64,000 nt of DNA. Source: an uncultured Candidatus Saccharibacteria bacterium (GTDB lineage: Bacteria > Patescibacteriota > Minisyncoccia > Phycocordibacterales > CAYSCM01). Shown in pieces: positions 19,089 to 28,719 of the stretch. Within the stretch, counting starts at the first letter, position 1; every line of letters starts with the position of its first letter. Position numbers and translations under genes: made by a program. The DNA lies in NCBI GenBank assembly GCA_964429815.1, contig CAYSCM010000001.1, positions 352,001-416,000 of the forward strand, given 5' to 3'. A model generated the notes under the pieces. That model searched no databases and had not been told where the DNA came from. It saw only the letters and a program-made list of their open reading frames with translations.

Positions 19089-21029
19089 TTAGACCCCGAG
19101 AAGCACCGGAATGACGATAGGGCGCTTGTTGGTCTTTTGGAAGAGGAACATCTCGACCGCGTCGGTGAGACGATCTTTCACGTAGTCGAAATTGATGGGG
19201 TTTTGTCCGGCCGTTGAGTCCTCGACGCTCTTTTTGATGATGAGGCGCGCCTCGCCAAGGAGCTGCTGGCTCTCGCGCAGGTACACGAAGCCGCGCGATA
19301 TGATGTCCGGCGATTTGCGCAGTTTTCCCGTCTTGAGGTTTATGGTCGTAATGATGACGAACATTCCGTCCTGGGAGAGCGCTTTGCGGTCCCGGATGAC
19401 CACTTCCTGCATGTCCCCGATGGAAAAGCCGTCCACCATACGGATGTTGCTCGGAGCCTTTTCCTTGCGCACGCTGATGCGCGTGCCCTCCTCGCGTATC
19501 TCGACGATGGAGCCGTTATCGGGGATAACGATGTTCTCCTCTGGCGTCCCGACGGATTTCGCTATCTCGGCATGGACACGCAGCATGTAGTGGTATCCGT
19601 GGAGCGGCATGAAGAATTTTGCACCGATATGGCTGTGTATCCAGGCGGTCTCGTCGCGGTTGGCGTGACCGGAGGAGTGGACGTCGGAAACTTGGTAGTG
19701 GATTATTTTCGCGCCCTGGCGGGAGAGATTGTCCTTCAATTTCTGCACCGCGCGTTCGTTCCCCGGGATGATGGAAGAGGAGAGGATGATGGTGTCGTGC
19801 TTGCTGAGCTTCAAGTACTTGTGCTCCATCATCGCGGTGCGCATGAGCGCAGCGAAATCGTCTCCTTGAGCTCCGGTCGCGAGGATGAGGATTTTCTCTG
19901 GCGGGTACTCCCCCATCTCCTCAATGCCGATGAGCGTGCCCTTCTTAGTCTTGAGCATCCCCATCTGCTTTACGATCTCAACGTTGCTTTTCATGGAGCG
20001 CCCCTCGACGACGACCTTGCGGTCGTGCTTCTCCGCGAACTCGATGACTTTCATAATGCGCTCAAGCTGCGAGGAGAACGTACCAATGATGATACGTCCC
20101 TTGATGTCGCGAATGTACCCCTCGAGTGTATCGAAGACCTTGGTCTCGGGCACGGAATAGCCTGGTTTTTCAACGTTGGTCGAATCCGCCATGAGCATGA
20201 GGACCTTTTGACCTTTAAATATCGAGTACTCTTTTTCCTCTTTTTCGGATGGGACGCCGTCGATGTGATCGAGCTTAAGGTCGCCTGTGTGTACGATCCA
20301 TCCATAAGGGGTTTCGATGATAACCCCCATCGAGTCGGGAATGGTGTGTGTGACTGAAAAGAAGCGCACGGAGAGTCCGCCTATTTTTATGGTCTCCTCT
20401 TTCTCGACCTCGATGATGGTCGGCTTCCCGAGGTGCGCAAATTCTTCCTGGCGCTTCTTTATCATAAGCGTCGTCAACTTGCGCGAGTAGATGGGCGGGT
20501 TGCCTATTTTGTCGATGAGGTAGGGGATGCCGCCGATGTGGTCGAGGTGGCCGTGGGTCACGATGACCGCGCGTATCTTGTCCTTGCGGTCTTCGAGGTA
20601 TTTGGTGTTGGGGAGAATGAAATCGATGCCAGGGGTTTCCTCGATGCGGAACTGGAAGCCCATGTCGACAATGATAATGTCGGGACCAAACTCGATCGCG
20701 GTCATGTTGCGGCCGACTTCCTCGACGCCGCCGAGCGGAATGATGCGAACGACGCCCGATTCGATGGCGGGAATGTGGACTTCGGAGCCATTTCCGTTGC
20801 CGTTTTGCATCGCCTCTCCCACTTCTCGGGGCATGAAGCGCTGGTCACGACGCCTGCGTTCGCGGCCAGCTCCGCCACGGCGACCTCCGCGTCCCATCGG
20901 ACGGGCTCCGCGCGAGGTTCCGCCTGCTTCCGTGGCGCGGCCGCCCATCGGACGGCCGCCGCGGCGACGCGAAAAGCCACGGGAATGCCCTTCCTGTCGG
21001 TGTTGTGGTCGGTTTTGTTCGTTGTCCAT
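19089..21029 (-). CDS. rnj: ribonuclease J with Arg/Gly-rich N-terminal extension
   Basis: Metallo-beta-lactamase HxHxDH (VTHGHLDHIGG), beta-CASP and RNase J C-terminal domain; ~80-aa RG/RGG-rich N-terminus. Confidence 0.9.
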   Translation of the reverse strand: MDNEQNRPQHRQEGHSRGFSRRRGGRPMGGRATEAGGTSRGARPMGRGGRRGGAGRERRRRDQRFMPREVGEAMQNGNGNGSEVHIPAIESGVVRIIPLGGVEEVGRNMTAIEFGPDIIIVDMGFQFRIEETPGIDFILPNTKYLEDRKDKIRAVIVTHGHLDHIGGIPYLIDKIGNPPIYSRKLTTLMIKKRQEEFAHLGKPTIIEVEKEETIKIGGLSVRFFSVTHTIPDSMGVIIETPYGWIVHTGDLKLDHIDGVPSEKEEKEYSIFKGQKVLMLMADSTNVEKPGYSVPETKVFDTLEGYIRDIKGRIIIGTFSSQLERIMKVIEFAEKHDRKVVVEGRSMKSNVEIVKQMGMLKTKKGTLIGIEEMGEYPPEKILILATGAQGDDFAALMRTAMMEHKYLKLSKHDTIILSSSIIPGNERAVQKLKDNLSRQGAKIIHYQVSDVHSSGHANRDETAWIHSHIGAKFFMPLHGYHYMLRVHAEIAKSVGTPEENIVIPDNGSIVEIREEGTRISVRKEKAPSNIRMVDGFSIGDMQEVVIRDRKALSQDGMFVIITTINLKTGKLRKSPDIISRGFVYLRESQQLLGEARLIIKKSVEDSTAGQNPINFDYVKDRLTDAVEMFLFQKTNKRPIVIPVLLGV

Positions 21030-21033
21030 GAAG

Positions 21034-22818
21034 TTAAATCGTAGGTGCTAAAAAGCTCCATACCTTATCCGTCGCCATGTACCAGCTCCGGACATCGGCG
21101 AAGCGCTCTGCGGGCGTTGTCACAAGGCCGAGCTCGATGCCCTTAAGCGACTTGGGCACGATGTAGATAAAGTCCGGCGAGTAAAGGAATATGGCCGGGG
21201 TTTCTCCCGAGACTATCGAAGCGAACTTGTCGTATGCATCCATGCGCGCGTTCGGCTGCGAAGAGCTTCGTGCGGTCTCGAGGAGTTTGTCGGCGTCTTT
21301 GTTGGTGTAGAGGGCGATATTAAGACCAGGGTCATTGCGCTGTGAGCTGTGCCAGAAAGCGAAGAGATCGAGCTCGCGCCCCACAATCTCGCCGAAAAGG
21401 AGCGCATCATAGTTGCGTGGACGTATCACGTTCTGGTTGAGGTCGCCCGTATCGAAAACCTTGAGCGTCACGTCCACACCGAGCGCTTCCCAGTCCTTTT
21501 TGAGGAGCTCCGCCGTCTGTTTGAGCTCCGGCGCAGAGGCGGTCGAGAGCGAAAAGGAAAGCTTCTCAAGGGTCTTTTTGTTCTTCTTTTTTTCATACAC
21601 TTTGTCGGTCTCGTTGTACGACCAGCCGTTGCGCTCAAGGATTGCTCGCGCGGAGGCGATGCGGGCTTCGGAGGACGTCGCGTCCCACGAGGAAGCGGGA
21701 AGGAGGTACGGCGGGAGCGGCGAGTCGATGACCTTGCCATAGCTTCCAAGCACGCTTTGCACGATCTGATCCTTGTCGATGGCGACGTCGAGAGCTTTGC
21801 GCACCTCGATGTGCGTGAATATCGACGCTTGATTCTGGTTGAAGAAGACCCCGAAGATGCGCGGCAGCGGGTATTTCAAAACGGTCTCACGGGAGGGAAT
21901 CGTCCCGAGTGTTTCCGGAGAAAGTCCCGCGGCCGCCTGCACGTCCCCGGAGGAAAGCGCGGAGGCGAGCTCGCCAACGCCGGAGTAGAAACGAACCGTG
22001 AGCTGTGCTATATGGGCGGTTCCGAGCGCCTCGTTTTCAAACGGCGCAAGCTCGTAGGAGGTCGGGATGCCCGAGGAGTTTTTTGAGATGGATGAGACAC
22101 GGTACGCCCCAGAGCCGATGGGGTTTACATTGTAATCGCTGAACGCGAATTGGTCGGCGGGGATGTTCTGCCAGATATGGGAGGGAAGTATCCCCATGGT
22201 CGTGTTCTCCAGAAACGGCGCGTAGGGGGCTTTTAGGTGGAAGGCCACCGTGCGCTCATCGATTTTTTCCACCGTGATGCCTTCCCAGTTGGCCCGCCGC
22301 GGGCTCTTTATCGTCGGGTCGAGCGCGCTGTTGACCGTGAAGACCACGTCATCGGAGGTCAAAGGCGTGCCGTCCTGGAAGACAAGGCCGGGTTTAAGGG
22401 TGAAAGTGTACGTCAGGCCGTCGGAGGAAATAGTATAGCCCTGCGCGAGGTCGGGAATGAGCGTGCCGGCAGGGGTCGGACGCAGAAGCCCCGCGTAGAC
22501 AAGCTCGGTCAGATCGCGGTCGGCGTCGGAGATAGCGAGTATGGGATTGATGAAACGAGCGGTACCTACGACCCCCTCGGTGAGGGAGCCTCCGCGGGCC
22601 GGTACCGAAACGAGAAGAGAGGCGTTTACTTCGTAGACGACAAAGAGTGCCGCGGCCGCGACGAAAAGCGAGAGCGCTCCGAAAAGGACACGCTCCGCCG
22701 GAGAAAGCCGCGATACCAAGGCGGAGAATCTCTGCATAAAGGATGGCCGTTTTGAGGCCGGGGGAGATGATTCTTCTTGAACGCCCGAATGAACGTTCGA
22801 TTGCTGCGGAAATTCCAT
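21034..22818 (-). CDS. ABC transporter substrate-binding protein, family 5 (peptide/nickel type)
   Basis: 594 aa; N-terminal TM/signal then a family-5 SBP-like domain. Confidence 0.75.
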   Translation of the reverse strand: MEFPQQSNVHSGVQEESSPPASKRPSFMQRFSALVSRLSPAERVLFGALSLFVAAAALFVVYEVNASLLVSVPARGGSLTEGVVGTARFINPILAISDADRDLTELVYAGLLRPTPAGTLIPDLAQGYTISSDGLTYTFTLKPGLVFQDGTPLTSDDVVFTVNSALDPTIKSPRRANWEGITVEKIDERTVAFHLKAPYAPFLENTTMGILPSHIWQNIPADQFAFSDYNVNPIGSGAYRVSSISKNSSGIPTSYELAPFENEALGTAHIAQLTVRFYSGVGELASALSSGDVQAAAGLSPETLGTIPSRETVLKYPLPRIFGVFFNQNQASIFTHIEVRKALDVAIDKDQIVQSVLGSYGKVIDSPLPPYLLPASSWDATSSEARIASARAILERNGWSYNETDKVYEKKKNKKTLEKLSFSLSTASAPELKQTAELLKKDWEALGVDVTLKVFDTGDLNQNVIRPRNYDALLFGEIVGRELDLFAFWHSSQRNDPGLNIALYTNKDADKLLETARSSSQPNARMDAYDKFASIVSGETPAIFLYSPDFIYIVPKSLKGIELGLVTTPAERFADVRSWYMATDKVWSFLAPTI

Positions 22819-22853
22819 ACGGTCCGGGGAAGAGCCCCGGGATTAGGCGTTAG

Positions 22854-23087
22854 TTAGCGAAGGATAAGTGCGGCAAATGCGGAGAGCGCGAACAGGGTGC
22901 CTAGCACAACAGAGCCCCAGAAGAGGTAGAGCTCGAGACCACGGCGCGTGTGGAACGCCGCCGAAAAATTGTCTCCGCCAAAGGCTCCCCCTAGAGAACT
23001 CCCCCGTCGTTGCAGAATGATCGCGGTGACGAGGAGGACGGCGAGGAGGACTTGGGCATACGGTAAAACGGACTTCAGCAAACCCAT
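22854..23087 (-). CDS. secG: preprotein translocase subunit SecG
   Basis: 77 aa; two TM helices flanking the Gly-rich loop LQRRGSSLGGAFGGDNFSAAFHTRRG. Confidence 0.78.
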   Translation of the reverse strand: MGLLKSVLPYAQVLLAVLLVTAIILQRRGSSLGGAFGGDNFSAAFHTRRGLELYLFWGSVVLGTLFALSAFAALILR

Positions 23088-23194
23088 GTGGGAGCTACTC
23101 TAGCAGACCCCGCTTTGGCGTGCAAGTATTTGGACTGCCTTTACATATTAGTGAACCTTGACTATCATGCATGCCTCCAGCACAGGAGGTCCCC

Positions 23195-23449
23195 ATGGCT
23201 ACATTGTCACGGACGGCCATAAAAAGAGAAAATCCCACTCCAAACAAAAAGAGAATCGAAATCGAAACCTTAACAGCGTGCGAATATCAGGACCGCCTCG
23301 TAAGGATCCTTACAGAACGTGTCAACGAGGGGTGGGAAATTGCGGCAGTAACTTTCTCTCACTTAGGAGAACCTGCAGGAGCGAACGGCTACGCGGTGGG
23401 TTTCAAGTGGAGGCACTTTTTTGTTGTTTTGAAGAGGGTCGGAGAGTAA
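23195..23449 (+). CDS. DUF4177 domain protein
   Basis: RIEIETLTACEYQDRLVRILTERVNEGWEIAAVTF...GYAVGFKW matches the DUF4177 pattern; strong SD aggagg 6 nt upstream of ATG 23195. Confidence 0.55.
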   Translation: MATLSRTAIKRENPTPNKKRIEIETLTACEYQDRLVRILTERVNEGWEIAAVTFSHLGEPAGANGYAVGFKWRHFFVVLKRVGE

Positions 23450-23457
23450 TGTGCTGC

Positions 23458-23487
23458 GCCGCCCGGTCTCGGGCGGCTCTTTTTTTG
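23458..23487 (+). terminator. rho-independent terminator
   Basis: gccgcccggtctcgggcggc + tcttttttt. Confidence 0.75.
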
Positions 23488-23489
23488 GA

Positions 23490-23517
23490 ATTGACACGCT
23501 CTGAAACTTTTTTATAC
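23490..23517 (+). promoter_or_regulatory. sigma-70-type promoter for groES-groEL
   Basis: TTGACA (23490-23495), 16-nt spacer, TATACT (23512-23517), ~25 nt upstream of groES; no CIRCE inverted repeat seen. Confidence 0.6.
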
Positions 23518-23542
23518 TACAGGCACTTTTATTTTTATTCCC

Positions 23543-23863
23543 ATGACATCAAAAAAAGTCTCTAAAGAGAACCTGATTCCGCTTGGTGATCGTGTGCTTG
23601 TAAGGCCGGTCGAAGAAACACAAAAAGAACGCAAGCTGCCCTCCGGTATCATTCTTCCCGAGAGCGTTTCTAAGGATAAGACGGACAAGGGGATCATCGT
23701 CGCGACGGGAGAAGGGCGTGTGACCGATGAGGGAAAGAAAATCCCGATGAAGGTGAAGGTGGGCCAGACGGTGCTTTTCCAGTGGGGCGATAAGTTCGAG
23801 ATAGGCGGCGTTGAGCACTACCTCGTCTCCGAGAGCAATATTTTAGCGGTCGTTAAGAAATAA
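23543..23863 (+). CDS. groES: co-chaperonin GroES
   Basis: 106 aa; LIPLGDRVLVRPVEE...GIILP...GIIVATGEGR canonical GroES. Confidence 0.95.
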   Translation: MTSKKVSKENLIPLGDRVLVRPVEETQKERKLPSGIILPESVSKDKTDKGIIVATGEGRVTDEGKKIPMKVKVGQTVLFQWGDKFEIGGVEHYLVSESNILAVVKK

Positions 23864-23866
23864 TCG

Positions 23867-25519
23867 ATGTCCAAGCAAATTCTTTTTGAAGACAAGGCTC
23901 GCCGCGCCGTAAAGGGCGGCATTGATAAGGCGGCGCAAGCCATCAAAATCACCCTCGGCCCCCGTGGGCGCAATGTCATTTTCGACAGGAGCTACGGCGG
24001 CCCGACCATCACCAACGACGGAGTCTCCATCGCCAAGGAGCTCTCCTTTAAAGACAAGTTCGAGAACATGGGCGCGGAGCTCGTGAAAGAGGTCGCCAAT
24101 AAGACCAACGATATGGCAGGGGATGGCACCACGACCTCGGTCGTTCTCTTTCAAGCCATTCTTGAAGAAGGTCTCAAGAACACGACCATGGGCGTGAATC
24201 CGATGGGGGTGCGCGCGGGCATCGAGAAAGCCTCAGCCCAAGCGGTAGATATCCTCAAGAAAATGGCGAAGAAAATTGCCGGGAAGGACGAGGTGAAGCA
24301 AGTCGCCACTATCTCTGCCGAATCGGCCGACATCGGGGTAAAGATTGCCGAGACCATCGATGAGGTCGGCAAAGACGGCGTCGTCACGGTCGAAGAGTCG
24401 CAGTCCTTCGGCATCGAGACCGAGGTTGTCGAGGGCATGGAGTTCGACAAAGGCTACATCAGTCACTATATGGTCACTAGCCCGGAGCGTATGGAAGCCG
24501 ATATGCGAGACCCCCTCATCCTCGTGACCGACAAGAAGGTAGCCTCCGTGCAGGAAATCCTCCCTGTCCTCGAGCAAGTCGCGCGAAGCGGCAAGAAAGA
24601 TCTCGTTATCATCGCCGACGACGTCGAAGGCGAGGCGCTTGCCACCTTTATTCTCAATAAACTGAAAGGCACGTTCAATGTACTCGCGGTCAAGGCTCCC
24701 GGCTACGGCGACCGTAAGAAAGAAATGCTCGGCGACATCGCGACCGTAGTCGGAGGGCAGGTCATCTCCGAGGAGACCGGCTCGAAGTTTGAGAGCGCGA
24801 CCCTCGACATGCTTGGGCGAGCCTCCCGCGTCATCGCGAGCAAGGATTCGACCAAAATCGTCGGCGGCAAGGGAAAGAAGGCCGACATCGACACGCGCGC
24901 GAAGAGCCTGCGCAAACAGCTCGAGAATACCGATTCCAAATTTGATAAAGAAAAGCTCGAAGAGCGCATTGCGAAACTCTCCGGCGGGGTCGCCATCATC
25001 CGCGTCGGTGCGGCTACCGAGACCGAAATGAAGTACCTCAAGCTCAAGATCGAGGATGCTGTGAACGCGACCAAGGCCGCCATCGCCGAGGGCGTCGTTG
25101 CCGGCGGCGGCGTGGCACTCCTCAAGGCGGCTATCGAGCTTGAAAAGTGGATAGAGGCCCAAAAGGGAAAGGCGACGCGTGACATCGAGGTCGGCTACGG
25201 CATTGTGCTGCGCGCGCTCGAAGTGCCCATTCGCCAGATCGCGCTCAATGCGGGGAAGGGCGATGGCTCCATCATTGTGGAGAAGATCAGAAACGGAAAA
25301 GGAAATATGGGCTACGACGCTCTTAAAGATGAGATGGTTCCCGACATGCTCGATGCGGGCATCATCGACCCGGTCAAGGTGACGCGCTCAGGCCTTCAGC
25401 ACGCAGCTTCTGCAGCGGCGATTCTCCTCACTACAGAAGCCGCTATTGCGGACGAACCAGAAGAGAAAAAGGATATGCCGGCTATGCCTCCCGGGGGAAT
25501 GGGCGGCATGGACTACTAA
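23867..25519 (+). CDS. groEL: chaperonin GroEL
   Basis: 550 aa; ATP-binding DGTTT, C-terminal GGMGGMDY tail; 3 nt after groES. Confidence 0.97.
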   Translation: MSKQILFEDKARRAVKGGIDKAAQAIKITLGPRGRNVIFDRSYGGPTITNDGVSIAKELSFKDKFENMGAELVKEVANKTNDMAGDGTTTSVVLFQAILEEGLKNTTMGVNPMGVRAGIEKASAQAVDILKKMAKKIAGKDEVKQVATISAESADIGVKIAETIDEVGKDGVVTVEESQSFGIETEVVEGMEFDKGYISHYMVTSPERMEADMRDPLILVTDKKVASVQEILPVLEQVARSGKKDLVIIADDVEGEALATFILNKLKGTFNVLAVKAPGYGDRKKEMLGDIATVVGGQVISEETGSKFESATLDMLGRASRVIASKDSTKIVGGKGKKADIDTRAKSLRKQLENTDSKFDKEKLEERIAKLSGGVAIIRVGAATETEMKYLKLKIEDAVNATKAAIAEGVVAGGGVALLKAAIELEKWIEAQKGKATRDIEVGYGIVLRALEVPIRQIALNAGKGDGSIIVEKIRNGKGNMGYDALKDEMVPDMLDAGIIDPVKVTRSGLQHAASAAAILLTTEAAIADEPEEKKDMPAMPPGGMGGMDY

Positions 25520-25556
25520 AAAACCGCGCCCTTTCCACAAGGGCGCGGTTTTTTTC
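25518..25556 (+). terminator. rho-independent terminator after groEL
   Basis: aaaaaccgcgccctttccacaagggcgcggttttttt. Confidence 0.8.
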
Positions 25557-25571
25557 TCTCATTGCGCCGAC

Positions 25572-26153
25572 ATGGAGTTAGACTATACTAGTACCACCAT
25601 GACCTACATCCTCATTGGCGTAGTCGTTATCGTGGTGCTCTGGACGATCTCTGCCTTTAACCGCTTTGTGACCCTGCGCAATCGCACGAGTGAGGCATGG
25701 GCGGATATCGATGTCCAGCTCAAGCGCCGCTACGACCTCATTCCCAACCTCGTTGAGACCGTGAAGGGCTACGCTGCGCATGAGAGCGGCCTCATCGAGC
25801 GGGTGACCCAGGCGCGCGCCAGCGCGATGCAGGCGGGCTCTACTGCCGATAAGGCGAAAGCGGAAAACGCACTCTCACAGACGCTCAAATCGCTCTTTGC
25901 AGTGGCGGAGAATTATCCGAACCTCAAGGCCAACGAAAATTTCCTCGAGCTCCAACGCGAACTCTCCGATACCGAGAACAAAATCCAGGCAGCGCGCCGC
26001 TTCTACAACACCAATGTGCGCGACCTCAACACGGCGCTTCAAGTTTTCCCGGGTAATCTCATAGGTCCTTCCTTCGGCTTCAAACCCGCGGAATACTTTG
26101 AACTCGGCGAGGCGGATGCCGCTGCTCGAGAGCCGGTCAAAGTTTCTTTCTAA
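25572..26153 (+). CDS. lemA: LemA family protein
   Basis: N-terminal TM then FNRFVTLRNRTSEAWADIDVQLKRRYDLIPNLVETVKGYAAHE; start trimmed to MELDY, since the ORF-track N-terminus overlaps the groEL terminator. Confidence 0.85.
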   Translation: MELDYTSTTMTYILIGVVVIVVLWTISAFNRFVTLRNRTSEAWADIDVQLKRRYDLIPNLVETVKGYAAHESGLIERVTQARASAMQAGSTADKAKAENALSQTLKSLFAVAENYPNLKANENFLELQRELSDTENKIQAARRFYNTNVRDLNTALQVFPGNLIGPSFGFKPAEYFELGEADAAAREPVKVSF

Positions 26154-26183
26154 AACCCTTTTTCGTTTTAGTTTAAAGCCACC

Positions 26184-27071
26184 ATGGCTTCTCTTTATAC
26201 TCATCAGGACGAAAATATTGCAAAGACTTGGCTGCTCGTCAGCGTTTTCTTCGCGCTCGTCGTGGGGCTTGGCTACATCATCTCGCTCTACTACCACAAT
26301 CCTTCCATTCTCGTGATCGCGGTTGTCGTCGCGGTCCTAATGAACATTTTTTCCTATTGGTATTCTGACAAAATAGTCATTTCTATGGCTGGTGCCCGGC
26401 CGGCGCCAGAGAGTGAATTTCCGCAGCTTCACCATGTGGTTGAGAACCTAGCTATTACCGCGGGGCTCCCAAAACCAAACATATACGTCATCAATGATCC
26501 TGCACCCAATGCGTTTGCAACAGGTCGCAATAAAAACCACGCTATCGTAGCGGTAACTTCTGGTCTCATCTCTCTCATGAATAGAAACGAGCTCGAGGGT
26601 GTTATCGCGCACGAGCTCTCGCACATAGGCAATCGCGACATGCTCGTCATGACGCTTGTCGTGGTACTCGCCGGTTTTGTCGCCATTATATCCGACATAT
26701 TTTTGCGCATGAGCTACTTTGGAGGAGGCAGGCGTGACGACCGAGGTGGCAACGTGCTGGCGATACTTGCTATCGTCGGCGCGATTCTCGCGCCGCTCGC
26801 AGCGACCCTTATACGCTTGGCTATCTCGCGCCGTCGAGAATTCCTTGCAGATGCCTCGGGCGCGCTGCTGACGCGCTACCCGGAAGGCCTCGCCTCGGCG
26901 CTTGAGAAGATAGGCTCCTACAACCGCCCGATGATTCGCGCCAACAATGCCACCGCCCACCTCTATATTAGTAACCCCTTTGGCGCCCGCATCGGACAGG
27001 GCATTGCACGCCTCTTTATGACCCACCCACCGATCGAGGAGCGCATCAAAGCGCTTCGCGATGAGGCATAA
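26184..27071 (+). CDS. htpX: zinc metalloprotease HtpX (M48)
   Basis: HELSHIGNRD (HExxH), 4 TM segments, C-terminal EFxAD. Confidence 0.9.
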   Translation: MASLYTHQDENIAKTWLLVSVFFALVVGLGYIISLYYHNPSILVIAVVVAVLMNIFSYWYSDKIVISMAGARPAPESEFPQLHHVVENLAITAGLPKPNIYVINDPAPNAFATGRNKNHAIVAVTSGLISLMNRNELEGVIAHELSHIGNRDMLVMTLVVVLAGFVAIISDIFLRMSYFGGGRRDDRGGNVLAILAIVGAILAPLAATLIRLAISRRREFLADASGALLTRYPEGLASALEKIGSYNRPMIRANNATAHLYISNPFGARIGQGIARLFMTHPPIEERIKALRDEA

Positions 27072-27139
27072 GAGTGCAGTTGCCTCCAAAGCGTCTCTAT
27101 GGCAGTATCGTGAGCGGACTTTTGAACACGGAGGAAAAG

Positions 27140-27430
27140 ATGTCCAAGAGGGTTTTGATCGCTGCAAACGGCAAGGTCTCAGAAGCGCTCGCGCGGCATA
27201 TAAATAAGTCGCAGCGCACGATCGCGCACACGGCGGTGGTTGCAGAGCAGGCGCAAGGGTTCATCTCGCCAGCCGATGCGGTGACCGAAGGTTTCGGCGG
27301 CCATTTCGACGAAGCGCGCTTTCTCGCCACTCCGGCTCAAGGGAGCTTCTCCCGCGAGCCCAATCGGGGAAACAATAGCCGGCGTGGTCTCGCCTGGCAC
27401 CGCCGCCGCATCGGTGGCGATCCGATCTGA
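27140..27430 (+). CDS. hypothetical protein
   Basis: 96 aa from ATG 27140 with ggagg SD 8 nt upstream; followed by a strong terminator; overlapping antisense ORFs also exist. Confidence 0.35.
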   Translation: MSKRVLIAANGKVSEALARHINKSQRTIAHTAVVAEQAQGFISPADAVTEGFGGHFDEARFLATPAQGSFSREPNRGNNSRRGLAWHRRRIGGDPI

Positions 27431-27451
27431 CAATCCTTACTCCACGATGCA

Positions 27452-27492
27452 TCGCGCGATTCCTTGAGGAATCGCGCGATTTTTATTTTTGT
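27452..27492 (+). terminator. rho-independent terminator
   Basis: atcgcgcgattccttgaggaatcgcgcgat + ttttatttttg. Confidence 0.75.
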
Positions 27493-27873
27493 CTCGCACC
27501 CTACCGTCTCAGAAGCGACTGAAGGGAAGTAATGAAAACCGGGATGCTTAAAATTCCCGTCAGGTATTCTACTGATGTGTAGGCCTCTCCCGTTTTAAAG
27601 ATGTCATGGAAAAGGAGAAAATCAACGAACAAAAAGCCGACTATTAAAACAATGTCGAGTAGTTTTCTCATGCTCACATAACTAGTATACAAAGACTGGG
27701 TTTCTTAGCGGTCGGCGTAATTGTGTGTTACAACTCTTGGGTATTTAGGAGGCGTCGCATGGTGCTTTGAACCGTAGGTTTAAAGAGCTGGAGGCGCGAC
27801 GGCGGCGAGGCGGGGTCGCGGAAATTTTCAGTAGAAAATTATCCGTGACCTAGTGCACATTTGTTTGCAGGGC

Positions 27874-27958
27874 GGAGGGTTCGCATAGCGGTCTAGTGCG
27901 CACGCTTGGAAAGCGTGTGAACCGAAAGGTTCCGAGGGTTCGAATCCCTCACCCTCCG
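27874..27958 (+). tRNA. tRNA-Ser (anticodon GGA)
   Basis: Manual fold: acceptor GGAGGGT/ACCCTCC, D-loop GG, anticodon stem cacgc/gcgtg with loop ttGGAaa, long variable arm gaaccgaaaggttc, T-arm gaggg-ttcgaat-ccctc, discriminator G. Confidence 0.85.
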
Positions 27959-28066
27959 CCCTGTATGCAAGGCTCGAGTGAATTTTCATCTCTCCGCCTC
28001 CGCCCAATCTTTACATACATGCATATCGGGTTACGGGTTCTTTAAAAATTGTAAAGAAAAGGGCAC

Positions 28067-28483
28067 TCATGATTGAGTGCCCCCAGACGACTTTTTCTCT
28101 TCTTTAGCTTTTCGCCAGCTTGAAATATTAGCGATGTCCAAGCCACATTCACGAGCGATGTCGAGCATAGCGTGGTGAAACTCGTGAACGGAGTTGAGTG
28201 CCCAGCTGAACCCGTCAGGATCGAAGTTGTCACCGTTAATCTCCGCAGTGAGCCGAGTGACCCCTGCCCGCGTCACTTCAGCACTGAACTCAAGCAGATT
28301 GGAATGCGATAGTTTTTGGTCAGCCATCGCCTTCCAACCACGGTCTTCCCGCTCCAAGGGAAGCATTGGTTCCGTGCAACGCTTTGCCTTGTAGTGGTCC
28401 ATATAGCCACATGCAGCATCTGTCCTACCCGTTTTTTCACTGCGTTGACGAAGCTTTTCAAAGAACTCTCCAAAGGTTGTCAT
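28067..28483 (-). CDS. hypothetical protein (lower-GC region next to tRNA-Ser)
   Basis: 138 aa ORF; HEFHHAMLDIAREC motif; GC clearly lower than flanking genes. Confidence 0.4.
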   Translation of the reverse strand: MTTFGEFFEKLRQRSEKTGRTDAACGYMDHYKAKRCTEPMLPLEREDRGWKAMADQKLSHSNLLEFSAEVTRAGVTRLTAEINGDNFDPDGFSWALNSVHEFHHAMLDIARECGLDIANISSWRKAKEEKKSSGGTQS

Positions 28484-28533
28484 GGTTGCCTCGCGGTTTA
28501 ACCTATCAGCATAGTAACCTAGGGATATATAAT

Positions 28534-28701
28534 ATGAGTATGCAAAAAATTAAGATTGAAAACCATACGTTCTCCGGCGGGCTCTGGCTCGCCGCGTGGC
28601 TTTTCACGATAGGGTTTCTCAAACTCACCTTCTGGCAGGGCGTGTGGGCGATCCTCATTTGGCCCTATTACCTTGGCTTGCATTTCGCGCCGCTCCATTA
28701 A
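28534..28701 (+). CDS. hypothetical small membrane protein
   Basis: MSMQKIKIENHTFSGGLWLAAWLFTIGFLKLTFWQGVWAILIWPYYLGLHFAPLH; ORF-track N-terminus trimmed. Confidence 0.3.
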   Translation: MSMQKIKIENHTFSGGLWLAAWLFTIGFLKLTFWQGVWAILIWPYYLGLHFAPLH

Positions 28702-28719
28702 GATTCCCGTATCAGCGAT

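Noticed and set aside
19572-20357. 261-aa + strand ORF antisense to RNase J, and other long antisense ORFs such as 24233-25162 (-), 32711-33514 (-), 36499-37389 (-), 45474-46175 (+), 58828-59850 (+), 61593-62357 (+)
   Set aside because: All overlap well-supported conserved genes on the opposite strand; typical high-GC open antisense frames.
23520-23545. CIRCE (HrcA) operator upstream of groES
   Set aside because: No TTAGCACTC-N9-GAGTGCTAA-like inverted repeat is present between the promoter and the start codon.
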